Below, in pieces: positions 39,494-51,584 of a stretch of 64,000 nucleotides of DNA. The stretch lies in assembly GCA_965225945.1 (NCBI GenBank), contig CBDDBZ010000032.1:192001-256000 (forward strand), in the 5' to 3' direction. The stretch is from Alphaproteobacteria bacterium. Its GTDB lineage: Bacteria > Pseudomonadota > Alphaproteobacteria > GCA-2731375. The position numbers were made by a program, and so were the translations under genes. The notes under the pieces are model-generated. The model saw only the letters and a program-made list of their open reading frames with translations, searched no databases and had not been told where the DNA came from. Position 1 is the stretch's first letter, and every line of letters begins with the position of its first letter.

Positions 39494-42181
39494 TCACTCG
39501 CTCGCCAACAGTTCCCGCAGCCGGTAGAGGGCGTCCAGCGCCTCCCTCGGCGACATCGAATCCGGGTCGAGCGCGGCCAAGGCTTCCCGCGCCGGATCGG
39601 CCGCCTTTGGCCCGGCGGAGCCGCCCTTGGGCCGGGCGGCGGCGAACAGCGGCAAGTCCTCGGCGAGCTTGGCCGTCGCGGCGCCGCCCTCGGTATCGCT
39701 CTTCTCCAGGACCGCCAGCACCGTTTCCGCCCGGGCCAGCGCGCTGGGCGGCAGGCCCGCGAGCCTGGCCACCTGGATGCCGTAGGAGCGGTCGGCGGCG
39801 CCGGCCACCACCTCGTGCAGGAAGACCACCTCGCCCCGCCACTCGCTCACCCGCATGGTGTGGTTGGCGAGCGAGGGTAGCCGCCCGTGGAGCGCCGTCA
39901 GCTCGTGGTAGTGGGTGGCGAAGAGGGTGCGGCAACGGTTGACCTCGGCCAGATGCTCGACCGCCGCCCAGGCGATGGCGAGGCCGTCCCAAGTGGCGGT
40001 GCCGCGGCCGATTTCGTCGAGGATCACCAGCGCCCGTTCGCCCGCCTGGTTCAGGATCGCCGCCGTCTCCACCATCTCGACCATGAAGGTCGAGCGTCCG
40101 CTGGCGAGATCGTCCGAGGCGCCGATGCGAGAGAACAACCGGTCGACGACGCCGATCCGGGCCGAGGCCGCCGGGACCCAGGCGCCGGACTGCGCGAGGA
40201 CGCAGACCATCGCGTTCTGGCGCAGGAAAGTGCTCTTGCCGGCCATGTTGGGACCGGTCAAGAGCCAGATCCGCGCCTCGGCGCCGAGATCACAATCGTT
40301 GGCGACGAAGCTCCCCTCGCGCCGGGCGCGAAGTGCCGCCTCGACCACCGGATGGCGGCCGCCGGCGATCTCGAAGTGAAGCGAATCGTCCACCACCGGC
40401 CGGCACTGGCGCTCCGTCGCCGCCAGTTCGGCGTTGGCGGCGGCGACATCGAGCGCCGCCATGGCGGTGGCGGTCAGGCGGATCGGCTCGCTCGCCGCCA
40501 GCACGCGCGCGACCAGGGCCTCGAAGACCTCGAACTCGATCGCCAGCGCGCGCTCCGCGGCCTCGGCCATCGCCCGCTCCAGCTCCGAGAGCTCGGTGGT
40601 CGAGAACCGGAGCGCGTTGGCCATCGACTGGCGGTGGTGGAAGGTCTCGTTCAAGGGCGGCGCCAACAACGGATCGGCGCGCCGGGCCGAGGCTTCGAGG
40701 TAATAGCCGAGGACGTGATTGTGGCGGATCTTCAGCCCCTCGATCCCGGTTTCCTCACGGTACTTGCTCTCGAGGCCCGCGATCAGCCGGCGGCCCTCGT
40801 CGCGGAGCCGACGCTGCTCGTCGAGATCGGCCCGGTGACCCGGCGCGACGAAGCCCCCCTCGCGGGCCTGCGCCGGGACCTCGGGCGCCAGCGCGCGCGC
40901 CAGCGCGTCGACCAGCGCGCCGTGGCCGCCGAGGCCGGCCACCGCCTCGGCGATCCCGCTCGGCGGCGGCGCCAGTCCGGCGGCGGGCACCACGTCGCGG
41001 AGCCGGCCGGCCCGCTCCAGCCCACGGGCGATGGCTGCGAGGTCGCGGGGGCCACCTCGATCGAGCGCCAGGCGAGAGAGGGCGCGCGCGAGATCCGGGG
41101 TCCGTGACAGCAGTTCCCGCGTGTTCGCGCGGACGGCGCCGTCTTCGACGAAGAAGCCGACCATGTCGAGCCGCTGGTTGATCGCCGCCGCGTCGGCCAA
41201 GGGGGCGGCGAGGCGGGCGGCGAGCAGGCGCGCGCCGGCGCCGCTGACGGTGCGATCGACGCACGCCAGCAGGCTTCCCTCGCGATTACCGCTGAGCGTC
41301 CGGATCAGCTCCAGGCCACGCCGCGTGGCGGCATCTATTCTGAGCTCGTGCCCGCTTTCCACCCGGCGGGGTCGCTCGAGCCGGGGTATCCGGCCTTTCT
41401 GTGTCGTCTCGACATAGTCGAGCAGCGCGCCGGCCGCCGCCAGCTCGGCCCGGGAAAAGGCGCCGAAGGCCTCCAGCGTCGTGACGGCGAAATGTTCCGC
41501 CAGGCGCCGTGCCGCCCGGCCGCTATCGAGAACCGGCGCCTCGCCCGGCACGCGACGGGCGCGCCAGGCAGCGAGCGCGGGCGCCAGCTCCCCCGCCGTG
41601 GCCAGGGCCTCTGGCAGGATCAACTCGCTCGGCGCCAGCCGAGCGAGGTCGGCCTCGAGGTCGGCGGGGGTGGTCTCCATGGTCCGGAACTCGGCCGTCG
41701 AGAGGTCGAGCCATGCCAACCCCAGGCGCGATTCCGCCCGCGCCAGGGCGACCAGATAATTGTCGGCCCGGGCATCCAGCAGCGCTTCCTCGGTGATCGT
41801 GCCCGGCGTCACCAAGCGGACCACCTCGCGCTTCACCACAGCCTTGTGGCCGCGCCGCTTGCGGGCCTCGGCCGGATCCTCGGTCTGCTCGCAGACGGCA
41901 ACGCGGAAGCCCTTGCGGATCAGCCGGGAAAGATAGCTCTCGGCGGCGTGTACGGGGACGCCGCACATCGGGATCTCAGCACCTTCGTGCTTGCCCCGTT
42001 TGGTCAGCGTGATGTCCAGCGCGTCGGCCGCCGCCACCGCGTCCTCGAAGAACAACTCGTAGAAATCCCCCATGCGGTAGAACAGCAGGCAGTCCGGCGC
42101 GCCGGCTTTGATGGCGAGGTACTGCGCCATCATCGCCGTTGGCTGCGCGGATTTCGGGGATATCGTGCCTTTCGCGGTCAT
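39494..42181 (-). CDS. mutS: DNA mismatch repair protein MutS
   Basis: [35 protein letters not shown]. Confidence 0.98.
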   Translation of the reverse strand: MTAKGTISPKSAQPTAMMAQYLAIKAGAPDCLLFYRMGDFYELFFEDAVAAADALDITLTKRGKHEGAEIPMCGVPVHAAESYLSRLIRKGFRVAVCEQTEDPAEARKRRGHKAVVKREVVRLVTPGTITEEALLDARADNYLVALARAESRLGLAWLDLSTAEFRTMETTPADLEADLARLAPSELILPEALATAGELAPALAAWRARRVPGEAPVLDSGRAARRLAEHFAVTTLEAFGAFSRAELAAAGALLDYVETTQKGRIPRLERPRRVESGHELRIDAATRRGLELIRTLSGNREGSLLACVDRTVSGAGARLLAARLAAPLADAAAINQRLDMVGFFVEDGAVRANTRELLSRTPDLARALSRLALDRGGPRDLAAIARGLERAGRLRDVVPAAGLAPPPSGIAEAVAGLGGHGALVDALARALAPEVPAQAREGGFVAPGHRADLDEQRRLRDEGRRLIAGLESKYREETGIEGLKIRHNHVLGYYLEASARRADPLLAPPLNETFHHRQSMANALRFSTTELSELERAMAEAAERALAIEFEVFEALVARVLAASEPIRLTATAMAALDVAAANAELAATERQCRPVVDDSLHFEIAGGRHPVVEAALRARREGSFVANDCDLGAEARIWLLTGPNMAGKSTFLRQNAMVCVLAQSGAWVPAASARIGVVDRLFSRIGASDDLASGRSTFMVEMVETAAILNQAGERALVILDEIGRGTATWDGLAIAWAAVEHLAEVNRCRTLFATHYHELTALHGRLPSLANHTMRVSEWRGEVVFLHEVVAGAADRSYGIQVARLAGLPPSALARAETVLAVLEKSDTEGGAATAKLAEDLPLFAAARPKGGSAGPKAADPAREALAALDPDSMSPREALDALYRLRELLASE

Positions 42182-42304
42182 GGCGCGGCAATTTAGGCCA
42201 CGGGCCCACTCGGCTAGGCAAGAGCTTTCGATGTGTTAGCCTGAGGCATGCGCCGCCCGGTTGGGCCGGTGCTCCGGGGGGCCGGCTTCGGGGATGGGGT
42301 TGGG

Positions 42305-44566
42305 ATGGCATCGAAGAGCAGTTACACCAACGACGAAGCGCTCAGGTTTCATACCGACGGGCGCCCGGGCAAGCTCGAGATTACGCCGACCAAGCCGATG
42401 GCGACGCAGCGCGATCTCAGCCTCGCCTATTCCCCGGGGGTGGCCGCGCCCTGCCTGGAGATCGAGCGCGACCCCGACACCGCCTACGACTACACCTGCA
42501 AGGGCAACCTGGTCGCTGTGATCTCCAACGGGACCGCCGTGCTCGGCCTCGGCAACATCGGCGCGCTCGCCGGCAAGCCGGTGATGGAGGGCAAGTCGGT
42601 CCTCTTCAAGCGCTTCGCCGACGTCGATGCGATCGATATCGAGGTCGGCACGGAAGACGTCGACGCCTTCGTCGAGTGCGTGCGCTATCTCGGGCCCACT
42701 TTCGGCGGCATCAACCTGGAGGACATCAAGGCCCCCGACTGCTTCATCATCGAGGAACGGCTGCGCGAGCTGCTGGACATCCCGGTGTTCCATGACGACC
42801 AGCACGGCACCGCGATCATCACCGCGGCCGGCCTGATCAACGCCATGGACCTCACCGGTCGCGACATGGCCTCGACCCGCCTGGTGGTCAACGGTGCCGG
42901 CTCGGCCGGCATCGCCTGCGCCGAACTCTTGAAAGCGATGGGCATGCCGCACGAAAACGTCGTGATGTGCGATACCCGGGGCGTGATCTATTCGGGCCGC
43001 GCCGAGGGCATGAACCAGTGGAAGTCGGCGCACGCGGTTCCGACCGACGCCCGGACCCTGGAAGAGGCCATGGTCGGCGCCGACGTCATATTGGGCCTCT
43101 CGGCCAAGGGCGCGGTGACGCCCGAGATGGTCGCCTCCATGGCCGACAAGCCGATCATCTTCGCCATGGCCAATCCGGATCCGGAGATCACGCCCGAGGC
43201 GGTGCGCGAGGTCCGCGACGACGCCATCGTCGCCACCGGCCGCTCCGATTATCCGAACCAGGTCAACAACGTGCTCGGCTTCCCCTACATCTTCCGGGGC
43301 GCGCTCGACGTCCGGGCCTCCACCATCAACGACGCGATGAAGATCGCCGCGGCCCATGCCTTGGCCGAGCTCGCGCGCGAGGACGTGCCGGACGAGGTGG
43401 CGGCGGCCTACGCGGTCGATCGGCTGCAATATGGCCCCGACTACATCATCCCCTCGCCGTTCGATCCCCGGCTGATTTCCCAAATCCCCGCGGCCGTGGC
43501 CCGCGCGGCGATCGACTCGGGCGTGGCGCGCAGCGAGATCGTCGATTTCGCGCCTTACGAGATCGAGCTCCGGGCCCGGCTCGACCCGACCATCGACACG
43601 CTGCAATTGCTGTTCACTCAGGTCCGCGCCGAGCCCAAGCGGGTGGTCTTCGCCGAGGGCGAGGAGGAGAAGGTGATCCGCGCCGCGCTCGGCTACCACG
43701 AATCGGGTTACGGCACGGCGGTGCTGATCGGGCGCGAGGACCGGGTGCGCGAAACCATGCGGCAGATCGGCATGAGCGGCTTCGAGGGCCTGGAGATCCA
43801 CAACGCGCGGATCAGCGAGGATAACGCGCGGTTCACCGATTTTCTCTACGCGCGCCTGCAGCGCCAGGGCTACCTCTACCGCGACTGTCAGCGCATGGTG
43901 AACCAGGACCGCAACATCTTCGGCGCCCTCATGGTGGCGCTGGGCGTGGCCGACGCCATGGTGACCGGCGCCACCCGCAACTATAACGTCGCCTACGAGG
44001 AGGTCCGCCGGGTGCTGGACGCGGAACCCGGACGCCGGGTCTTCGGCCTCTCGGTGATTCTCTCGCGCGACCGCACGGTGCTGGCCGCCGACACCACGGT
44101 GCACGAGCTGCCGAGCGCGGAGGAGTTGGCCGACATCGCGATGCAGACGGCGGAGGTCGCCCGCTGGCTCGGCCAGGAGCCCCGGGTCGCCTTCCTCTCG
44201 TTTTCCAACTTCGGCAATCCGCCCTGGGCCACCGGCGACAGGGTGCGCGACGCGGTCCGGCTGCTGGGCGAGCGCGAGCCGGATTTCGAGTTCGAGGGCG
44301 AGATGGCGGCGGACGTAGCACTCAACCCGGAACTCCGGCGGATCTATCCGTTCTCGCGGCTCTCGGGCCCGGCCAACGTGTTGATCATGCCGGCGCTGCA
44401 TTCGGCCTCGATCGCGTCGAAATTGATGCAGGAGCTCGGCGGCGGCGCGGTGGTCGGACCGATCCTGGTCGGCCTCGCCAAGCCGGTGCAGATCGCCGGC
44501 ATGGGCGCCACGGTGACCGATCTGGTCAACCTCGCCGCCTTCGCCGCCCGCGAGGCCGGGCGCTGA
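42305..44566 (+). CDS. maeB: NADP-dependent malic enzyme with PTA-like domain
   Basis: [51 protein letters not shown]. Confidence 0.96.
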   Translation: MASKSSYTNDEALRFHTDGRPGKLEITPTKPMATQRDLSLAYSPGVAAPCLEIERDPDTAYDYTCKGNLVAVISNGTAVLGLGNIGALAGKPVMEGKSVLFKRFADVDAIDIEVGTEDVDAFVECVRYLGPTFGGINLEDIKAPDCFIIEERLRELLDIPVFHDDQHGTAIITAAGLINAMDLTGRDMASTRLVVNGAGSAGIACAELLKAMGMPHENVVMCDTRGVIYSGRAEGMNQWKSAHAVPTDARTLEEAMVGADVILGLSAKGAVTPEMVASMADKPIIFAMANPDPEITPEAVREVRDDAIVATGRSDYPNQVNNVLGFPYIFRGALDVRASTINDAMKIAAAHALAELAREDVPDEVAAAYAVDRLQYGPDYIIPSPFDPRLISQIPAAVARAAIDSGVARSEIVDFAPYEIELRARLDPTIDTLQLLFTQVRAEPKRVVFAEGEEEKVIRAALGYHESGYGTAVLIGREDRVRETMRQIGMSGFEGLEIHNARISEDNARFTDFLYARLQRQGYLYRDCQRMVNQDRNIFGALMVALGVADAMVTGATRNYNVAYEEVRRVLDAEPGRRVFGLSVILSRDRTVLAADTTVHELPSAEELADIAMQTAEVARWLGQEPRVAFLSFSNFGNPPWATGDRVRDAVRLLGEREPDFEFEGEMAADVALNPELRRIYPFSRLSGPANVLIMPALHSASIASKLMQELGGGAVVGPILVGLAKPVQIAGMGATVTDLVNLAAFAAREAGR

Positions 44567-44768
44567 GGGGCTGAGCGGCGGATCCGGGGAGGCAGGCCCA
44601 GCCGGGGAATGGCCGAGGCGTCGCGGCGAGTTCGTTTCGGATAACTGTGATTTGCGCCCGGCGATCGATGATTTATCCCCTACATTCGCCGGAAATACCC
44701 AAGCGTGAGGGATTTGCGCAACGAAAAATAGTATAACAGAATTTCAAATACTCAAAAATACGACTCGA

Positions 44769-44826
44769 CTTCCGATCGCGTCGATTCGACGGCGCGGCTT
44801 CCGATCGCGTCGATTCGACGGCGCGG
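44769..44826. repeat. perfect 29-bp tandem duplication
   Basis: cttccgatcgcgtcgattcgacggcgcgg x2. Confidence 0.9.
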
Positions 44827-44873
44827 CGGCCGCGACGCCGGCTACGTGCTCGACCGCCCGCTCCGGGCGCAGA

Positions 44874-44936
44874 GAAAAAGGGGTCATTGTACTTTATTCG
44901 GCGGAACGGACTAAAAAGCAGAATGACCCCTTTTCC
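44874..44936. repeat. REP-like palindrome copy 1 (AAAAGGGGTCATT...AATGACCCCTTTT)
   Basis: 13-bp inverted arms; second copy at 46575-47672 is split by IS1595. Confidence 0.85.
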
Positions 44937-45178
44937 GGCCGGGAAATCGAACTTTCGGCGCGCGATCTCGCGCTCAGGGAGGAACTGGAAGGCGTGCTCG
45001 CTGAGGCCGGGGCGATGGTCGCGCGAAATTGCCATCTGACCTCGCGCGGCGTGGCCCATCATCTGGCGCGAAGCGGAGAATTCCGTTTCAAGGAAGCGAC
45101 GCTCAGGGAAATCGTCGGCCGTCGCTACCCGCCCTTGCGCCGCCTGGGAATTCTCGGCGGGACCTGATCGCGGCGCGG

Positions 45179-46564
45179 CTCAGAGCGCGATGCCTTCCTC
45201 GCGGGCGAAGGCCTCCAGCCGCTCGCGGCAGCTCGGGTCGGGCAGCTCGATCAGCGCCTCGACGAAGGGGCCGAGGCGGGCGAGGTCGACGCCGCGCACC
45301 ATCCGTTTCACCGGTCCGATCGAGGCGGCGGCCGTGGAAATGGCGCGAAAGCCGAGGCCGATCAGGGCCAGGGCCTCGATCGGCCGGCCGGCCGCGTCGC
45401 CACAGACGCTCAGCGGAATATCCGCCGCCTCGCAGCGCACGACGACGTCGCGCAACAGGCCGAGGGCGGCCGGACTCAGCACGCCGTAACGTCCCGCGAG
45501 CCGGGGATTGCCGCGGTCGCTGGCGAACAGGAACTGCATCAAATCGTTGCTGCCGATGGAGATGAAATCGACCTCCCCCAACAGCGTCGGCAATTGCCAG
45601 ACCAGGGCCGGCACCTCGAGCATGGTGCCCACCCGGATCCGGACCGGCAACGCCTCGTCCAGCTTGCGCTGGCGCCGCACCTCGCGGTCGAGCAGCGCGC
45701 GGGCTTGGCGAAACTCGGCGACGTCGGCGATCATCGGGAACATGACGTTGAGCCGGCGCCCCGCCGCCGCGCGAAGCAGCGCGCGAAGCTGCATCCTGAG
45801 CAGGACCGGCCGGTCGAGCGAGAGGCGAATCGCCCGCCACCCCATCGCCGGGTTGGGCTCGTCGTGGCGGGCGAGGTAGGGCAGCACCTTGTCGCCGCCG
45901 ACGTCGAGGGTGCGGAACAGCACCGGCCGTTCGCCGGCGGCATCGAGGACCTGGCCATAGAGGCTCGCCTGCGCGGCGACGTTGGGCATGGTCGCGCGAA
46001 CCATGAAGTGCAGCTCGGTCCGATAGAGCCCGATGCCGTCGGCGCCGGTCTCCGCGAAGTGCGTTAGATCCACCAGCAGACCCGCGTTCATGGCGAGCTC
46101 GATGCGGACGCCGTCCTTGGTCTCGCCGGGCAGGTCGCGGAGCACGTCATATTGCGCGACCTCCGCCTCCCGGTTCGCCAGGCTTTGCGCGAAGGCGGCC
46201 TCGACGTCGGCGGCGGGGCGGAGGAAGACTTGGCTATGATCGCCGTCGACCAGGATGGTGTCGCCCGGATCGACGTGTTCGAGCAGGCGATCGATCCGCC
46301 CGATCACCGGAATTTGCAAGGCCCGGGCGACGATGGCGACATGGGCGATGGGCGAGCCCTCCTCCAGCACCAGGGCGCGCAGACGCGACTCGCCATAATC
46401 CAGCAGCTCCGCCGGCCCGAGGTTGTGGGCGACCAGGACGGCGTCGTCGGGAAGCGCGTCGGCGGCGGCGGAATCGGCGTGGCCGGTGAGCGTCCGCAGC
46501 AGCCGGTTGGAGAGGTCGTCGAGATCGTGCAGGCGTTCGCGCAGATAGGGATCGGCGATCTCGG
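45179..46564 (-). pseudogene. duplicated 3' 1.39 kb of ptsP (no 5' part)
   Basis: Matches 52965-54350 at constant offset 7786; one visible SNP (AISTAA versus AISMAA). Confidence 0.93.
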
Positions 46565-46595
46565 AAAAAAGGGGAAAAAAGGGGTCATTGTACTT

Positions 46596-47624
46596 CCTGA
46601 TTACGCACTAACCTCAGCCAACTTCAGGAGCCGATATGGCATGGGCGGCGTGCGCAGGGCATCGCGGCCGAGGGCTTCGATCATGTCGGCGAGCCGGTAG
46701 CGGCGGTTGTATCGGTACTGGAATGCCGCCAGATAGCGCGGCACATGCTTGGGTCGGATCGCATGGTAGGTACCGCGCAGGGTGTTTTTGAGGTTGCCGA
46801 GGGTGGTGTTGACCCATTTGAAGGCGGGCACGGCGACGGCCCCGGGTCCGGAGCCGGTGGATATCGGATGATGCGCACAGCCCCGCGTGGTGACGGCGGT
46901 GAAGCAGTTGAGCCCGTCGCTGAAAACGGTCGCCCCAGGGCTCAGGTCGCGCTTGGCCATCTTGGCGATCTCTCTCTTGCGGAAGCCCTTGACGCGGCGC
47001 AGCTTGATGCGCACGGGCTGGCCCTCCGCCGTGGTCTGGACGGCGGCGACGAACGGCGTCTTGCCCGGCGCGCCCCGGCCGCGCTTGGCCCCGGAACGGC
47101 GGCCGCCGAGGTGGGCATCGTCCATCTCCACCCGCCCGGTGAGCGGCAATTTGGCATCGCGCTCGAGCATGGACTGCATCAGTTTCTGCTTGATCTTCCA
47201 GGCCGTGGTCTGGGTGACGCCGAGCCGCCGGCCGAGTTCGAGGGAGGAGATCCCTTTCTTCGATTGGGTCATGTGATAGATCGCCGAGAACCACAGGGTC
47301 AGCGCCAGCTTGGTCGCGTGGAAGAGCGTGCCGGCGGTCAGCGAGACTTGATGACGGCAGGCGGCGCATTGGTAGAGTTTTCGCCCGGCGATCTCGCAAT
47401 GGCGCGTGGCGCCACATCGGGGCAGGCGAACCCCTCCGGCCAGCGCCAGCGGAAAAGGGCCTCGCGACACTGCTCCTCGGTACCGTACAACTCACGAAAA
47501 CGCGGCTCGCTGAGCCCCTTCTGGAACTGAACCTTGTTGCGTGGCATTGTGAATCTCCAGAAAAACCGCCATTTGTTCATTATTTGTACCACATCAACCC
47601 GGCTGAGTAAAGTGCGTAATCAGG
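46596..47624 (-). mobile_element. IS1595 family element (1029 bp)
   Basis: 24-bp inverted ends CCTGATTACGCACT(AAC/TTA)CTCAGCC; 8-bp duplication TTGTACTT (46588-95, 47625-32). Confidence 0.93.
46601..47547 (-). CDS. IS1595 transposase (Zn ribbon plus ISXO2-type DDE); 1-nt frameshift in the G run at about 47420
   Basis: [11 protein letters not shown]...RWPEGFACP / CG...YQCAAC; VEMDDA, FSDGL, GTYHAI. Confidence 0.88.
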
Positions 47625-47680
47625 TTGTACTTTATTCAACGGAACGGGCCAAAAAGCAGAATGACCCCTTTTCTCCCAGT

Positions 47681-47782
47681 CACCTGACCACCCGCCAGTT
47701 CGGCCGGGCCTGCAAGGCGGCGGCGCTCGCCGCCGGGATCGATAAGCGGGTCTCCCTTCACACCTTGCGTCATTCCGTCGCC
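47681..47782 (+). pseudogene. tyrosine recombinase fragment
   Basis: LTTRQFGRACKAAALAAGIDKRVSLHTLRHS (box II HxxR); no catalytic Tyr region follows. Confidence 0.75.
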
Positions 47783-47920
47783 ATCCGTCTCTACGGGTGG
47801 TCTAGCGGCGTTGAGGACCTATTGCGGTGGATACTCAAAAAGTGGATCGGCAGGTGCCGGCGCGATAAAGCGCGGTGTGCCAGCTGCGAGGGTGTCCTCG
47901 AGGTAAGCGTCAGCGGCTGT

Positions 47921-49821
47921 CTATTGGTCCTTCAGGCGAACGATGTTGTATGCGGCGACAGGTCGGTGAAAGCCTTTCAGTGTAAGGTTTCCGACCGGCT
48001 CCGAGACCACCAGGGCTTCTACTTTCGTGTTGACGGACTGGCTAATTAGGGTCTGCCCGGCTTTAGCGTCATCGCACAGCCGGGAAGCAAGATTTGTTAC
48101 GCTGCCGATGGCCGAATAATCGAAACGTCCCTCGAATCCGATCCTTCCCAGTGTTGCATAACCTTGGGAAATCCCCACGCCAAAGCCCAACTGATGGCCG
48201 TGCTTCGGCCATTTCCCGATTAGCGCATCGACACACTCGTGCATGGCCACCGCCATGCGTACCGCCCGCGCCTCCGCATCAGGGCACGGCAAGGGATCAT
48301 TGAAAAAACCATCAGTCCGTCGCCGATAAAGCTATCTAAGGTTCCCTCAAATCGGAATATCAGGGATCCCAAGGCACTGTGATATTCAGAAAGAACCTCC
48401 ATGACCGCTTCCGGCTCGGCTGTCTCGGCGAAAGCCGTAAATCCCCGTAAGTCGCAGAAGACCACGGTAATCTCCCGGCGGTGGCTTTCAAGGAGATGCT
48501 CGTCACCGGAGGAGACTATAAGGTCCGCAAGCTGAGGGGGAAGGAATCGCTTTAACCTCCCCGCTCGCTCGAGTTCGTCAAGCTGCTCGCTCACCCGTTG
48601 CTCCAGCTGCCGGTTCCACTCGGCAAGTTCGACTGACTGAGTCTCGAGCCGAGTGGCCTGTTTCTGAACCGTCTGGTGCGCCTCGCTCAGTTCGCGGGTT
48701 CTCTCCTCGACCCTCTGCTCTAGGTGGGCGTAGGACTCCTGGAGCTGGGCGGTCATGTGATTAAATTGATCCGCTAAGGCCTCCAGCTCGTCGCCGGTCC
48801 GAATGTCAATACGTCGGCTTAGATCACCCGCACCAATCCGCGCCGCCTCGCTCTGCAGAGCCCGAATGGGTATGACCATCTTTCGGACCAGAAGGAGACT
48901 CGCGAGCGCCGACAAAAACACGCCCAGTAACAAGAGCACCATCATCCGGAGGATGGAGGAATAAAGCGGTGCAAAGGCCTCATTCAGCGGCGATTCTACA
49001 AAGACAATCCACCCCAACGGCCCCATGGCCGCGTGTGCCGTGAGCACTTGGACACCACTAATGTTTGATGCGATTACGGCCTCGTTTCGCTCCTCGACGG
49101 GAGTCGATGGAGCCGTGCGGGCGGCTTCGACCTGCGGTAGCGAGGAGAGGTCGGTTTGGCGCAACACCAGACTGATGTCCGGATGGGCAATGAGACGACC
49201 TTGCGAATCAACCACATAGGCATACCCGGCTTTGCCGACCTTGATCGCTAGAATCACATCCCACATAAATTTGAGATTGACCTCGGCAACGTTTACGCCC
49301 GAATTCTTTGCCCTATCCGCCATCGCGAGGGTTAGGTACGGTTCAGATTCCTGGCGGAAATACACGGGGCTGTAGTAGGTCCTCAGGGCCTTGGCCTCCA
49401 GAAACTCCGGCGCCCACGAAAAATCCTTCTTGCTTCCCACGACATCCATGGCCAAGCGGGAGACTCGGAGTTGCTCTTTACCCGATGGATCGAGGTGAAT
49501 GATTTCCATTATCGCTGGGACCTGCCGGAGCAAACGCAGATAATCTAAACGCCGCTGCTCCAGGCCCTCTGTGTCCAAGACAAACGGTAATTGCGTCGTC
49601 CAACCAAGCTGGCGTTCAAATTGATGCATAAACTGCTGGATCGTCGAGGCGGCCGCCGTAGCTATTTCACTCTGGATTCGCGCCAGAGCGGTCTTGTTCT
49701 CCTGGTAGGAGAAATATATCTCAAGGCCACCGCTAGCCAGCAGAACCCCGCTTATCAGGGGTACAAAAAGGACAACGTACTTCCAGAATAGCCGGCCCCG
49801 AGTCTTACGCTGATATACCAT
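47921..49821 (-). CDS. TM-Cache-HAMP class III adenylate/guanylate cyclase; 1-nt frameshift in the A run at 48303-08
   Basis: YAYVVDSQGRLIAHPD, GDELEALADQFN, VVFCDLRGFT, FIGDG, then F(N)DP...GFEGRFDYSAIGSVTNLASRLC in the next frame. Confidence 0.88.
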
Positions 49822-50008
49822 GATGCTGTTCCGCCCGGACGAACAGTCGCATCCCTTTTTAGACGACTTTAGTCGCCAAAAGAGGAATGGACCAGAGCAT
49901 CGTTCGGCCGAGAGCTTGGCACTGTAACCACGCCGGCGCACTGGCAAGGACACGCCCGTCCATCATGGACAGGCTCTCGACGTTGGTCTGCGCGACGTCC
50001 GATTGTGA

Positions 50009-50416
50009 TCACATCGCCGGAGCTTCGATGACCGTCACCTCCGTATCCGTAACCTGCTGGATCGTCGGGCCGGTGATGGTAAGAAACTCCAGGTTGACGC
50101 CGGCCTTCGCACCCGGCACGAGAACCGGCTCCTTGGTTGAGGCGGTGGCCTTCCCGAGCAAGGTCCTTTCGGGACCGTATGCTTTGCCAGCAACCCGGAT
50201 TTGCCCAAGGACAACCCCAGCCAGGTTCTCTATGGTTGCCTTGACGTGCAAATGATTTCCCGCGCACACGTACATCCCTGGATCCAGCCCTGGGTGAAGC
50301 CCGACGCTGTCAATCGCCACCGTAACTCGATCCTTCATGTTCGCGGCATGGCCAGGAGCAAATGCCCCAAGGATGATGATGAGAGCTGCAATCGCTGAGA
50401 CCAGTGTTTGCTTCAT
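50009..50416 (-). CDS. exported hypothetical protein (beta-sandwich-like)
   Basis: Signal peptide ...APGHA; RBS AGGAGA. Confidence 0.7.
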   Translation of the reverse strand: MKQTLVSAIAALIIILGAFAPGHAANMKDRVTVAIDSVGLHPGLDPGMYVCAGNHLHVKATIENLAGVVLGQIRVAGKAYGPERTLLGKATASTKEPVLVPGAKAGVNLEFLTITGPTIQQVTDTEVTVIEAPAM

Positions 50417-50519
50417 TTTGTCGTTCTCCTCTATTAGTCCACATTGACCAGATGCTTGGAATAACGCTGCGGGTTAAGCGGTATCGATCATTCCCGCTTT
50501 ATTTACGCGCTCCCATTAG

Positions 50520-51497
50520 CTATTCGATGATGCGATCGGCTCGAAACAAGACCGTTTGCGGCACTTGCAGGCCAATCTTCTTCGCTGTCTTGAGGTTGAT
50601 GACGAACTCAATCCGATCGGGGCGTTCGACAGGCAATTTATGGGGCGCGGTCCCGGTCAGAATTCTAGCAGCCAGACGGCCGGCCTGTCGCCCCTGAAGA
50701 TACTGGTCGGGCCCGTACGAGGCGAGCGCGCCATACTTCGTCCAGAACGAAGACGGATACATATTGGGCAGGTTGTTGGAGGTAGCTACCTCGAGGCTTC
50801 GCCCAGGGATATTGAGGTTCAGGCCGGACTGAACAACCAAAATTCCATCGCGGCCGCCCTCCTTCAGCGCAGCAAGCGCGGGCTCCATATCCAACCGATC
50901 CAGTATCGCGTGTTCGAGCAGCGTCAGACCGAGTTGGCTTGCCGCGATTCTTGCGAACTTGACCGCCTCCTGCTCTTCCGGCTCCCGCGGGTCATAGGTC
51001 ACCAGAACTTGGCGCAGAGATGGGACCACTTCCTTGAAAAGCGCCAAACGCTTTGCGCTTAGTTCCGCCCGCAGGCTCGCGATCCCCGTGATGTTCCCTC
51101 CCGGTCGGGCCAGGCTTTCCACCAACCCAATCGCGACAGGATCACTAACCTGGGTGAACACTATGGGAATAGCGGCCGTCGCCTGCTGACACGCCCGAGC
51201 ATCGGGACCGGCAACACAGTACAATATGTCCAGTTCTTGGGCGACCAACTCCGCCGCGAGCTCCGCCAAGCGAGTCGGATCACCCTTGGCGGCTCGCGCC
51301 ACAAAGATGATGTCTTGCCCTTCCACGTAACCCAATTTCTCGAGTGCGTCCCGAAATCCCTCGGTGTTGCTATGCCACGGCGCCCATGCCGTGGTTAAGA
51401 TCCCGATTCGAAAAGCCTCGGGCTCCTTAGCTAGCCCCAGGGGCAGGGCGTAGAGTAGAAACGCCAGTAGCCCTCCGATAGCCAAGGTTTTGGACAT
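50520..51497 (-). CDS. ABC_sub_bind family substrate-binding protein
   Basis: LGYVEGQDI, DPVAIGLVESLARPGGNITG, LASYGPD, FVINLKTAKKIGL, RADRIIE. Confidence 0.92.
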   Translation of the reverse strand: MSKTLAIGGLLAFLLYALPLGLAKEPEAFRIGILTTAWAPWHSNTEGFRDALEKLGYVEGQDIIFVARAAKGDPTRLAELAAELVAQELDILYCVAGPDARACQQATAAIPIVFTQVSDPVAIGLVESLARPGGNITGIASLRAELSAKRLALFKEVVPSLRQVLVTYDPREPEEQEAVKFARIAASQLGLTLLEHAILDRLDMEPALAALKEGGRDGILVVQSGLNLNIPGRSLEVATSNNLPNMYPSSFWTKYGALASYGPDQYLQGRQAGRLAARILTGTAPHKLPVERPDRIEFVINLKTAKKIGLQVPQTVLFRADRIIE

Positions 51498-51584
51498 CCA
51501 TATCTCGCGCTTCGGACTGCCGATCCCGGGCATCAGCATAGCCATCTGGGCTCGCGACGACAACTTGGAACTTGAGGCGCGTGG

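Noticed and set aside
36697-44401. Long antisense and alternate-frame ORFs (e.g. 37573-39426, 42236-44401; also 5944-7488, 32245-33870, 56006-57889)
   Set aside because: Shadow ORFs of high-GC genes; Arg/Pro/Gly-rich with no recognisable motifs.
45180-46370. 396-aa ORF as an independent PEP-utilising enzyme
   Set aside because: It is a near-exact copy of the ptsP 3' end with no native start.
47681-47782. Functional integrase mobilising the ptsP island
   Set aside because: Only about 34 codons around HxxR; no start and no catalytic Tyr.
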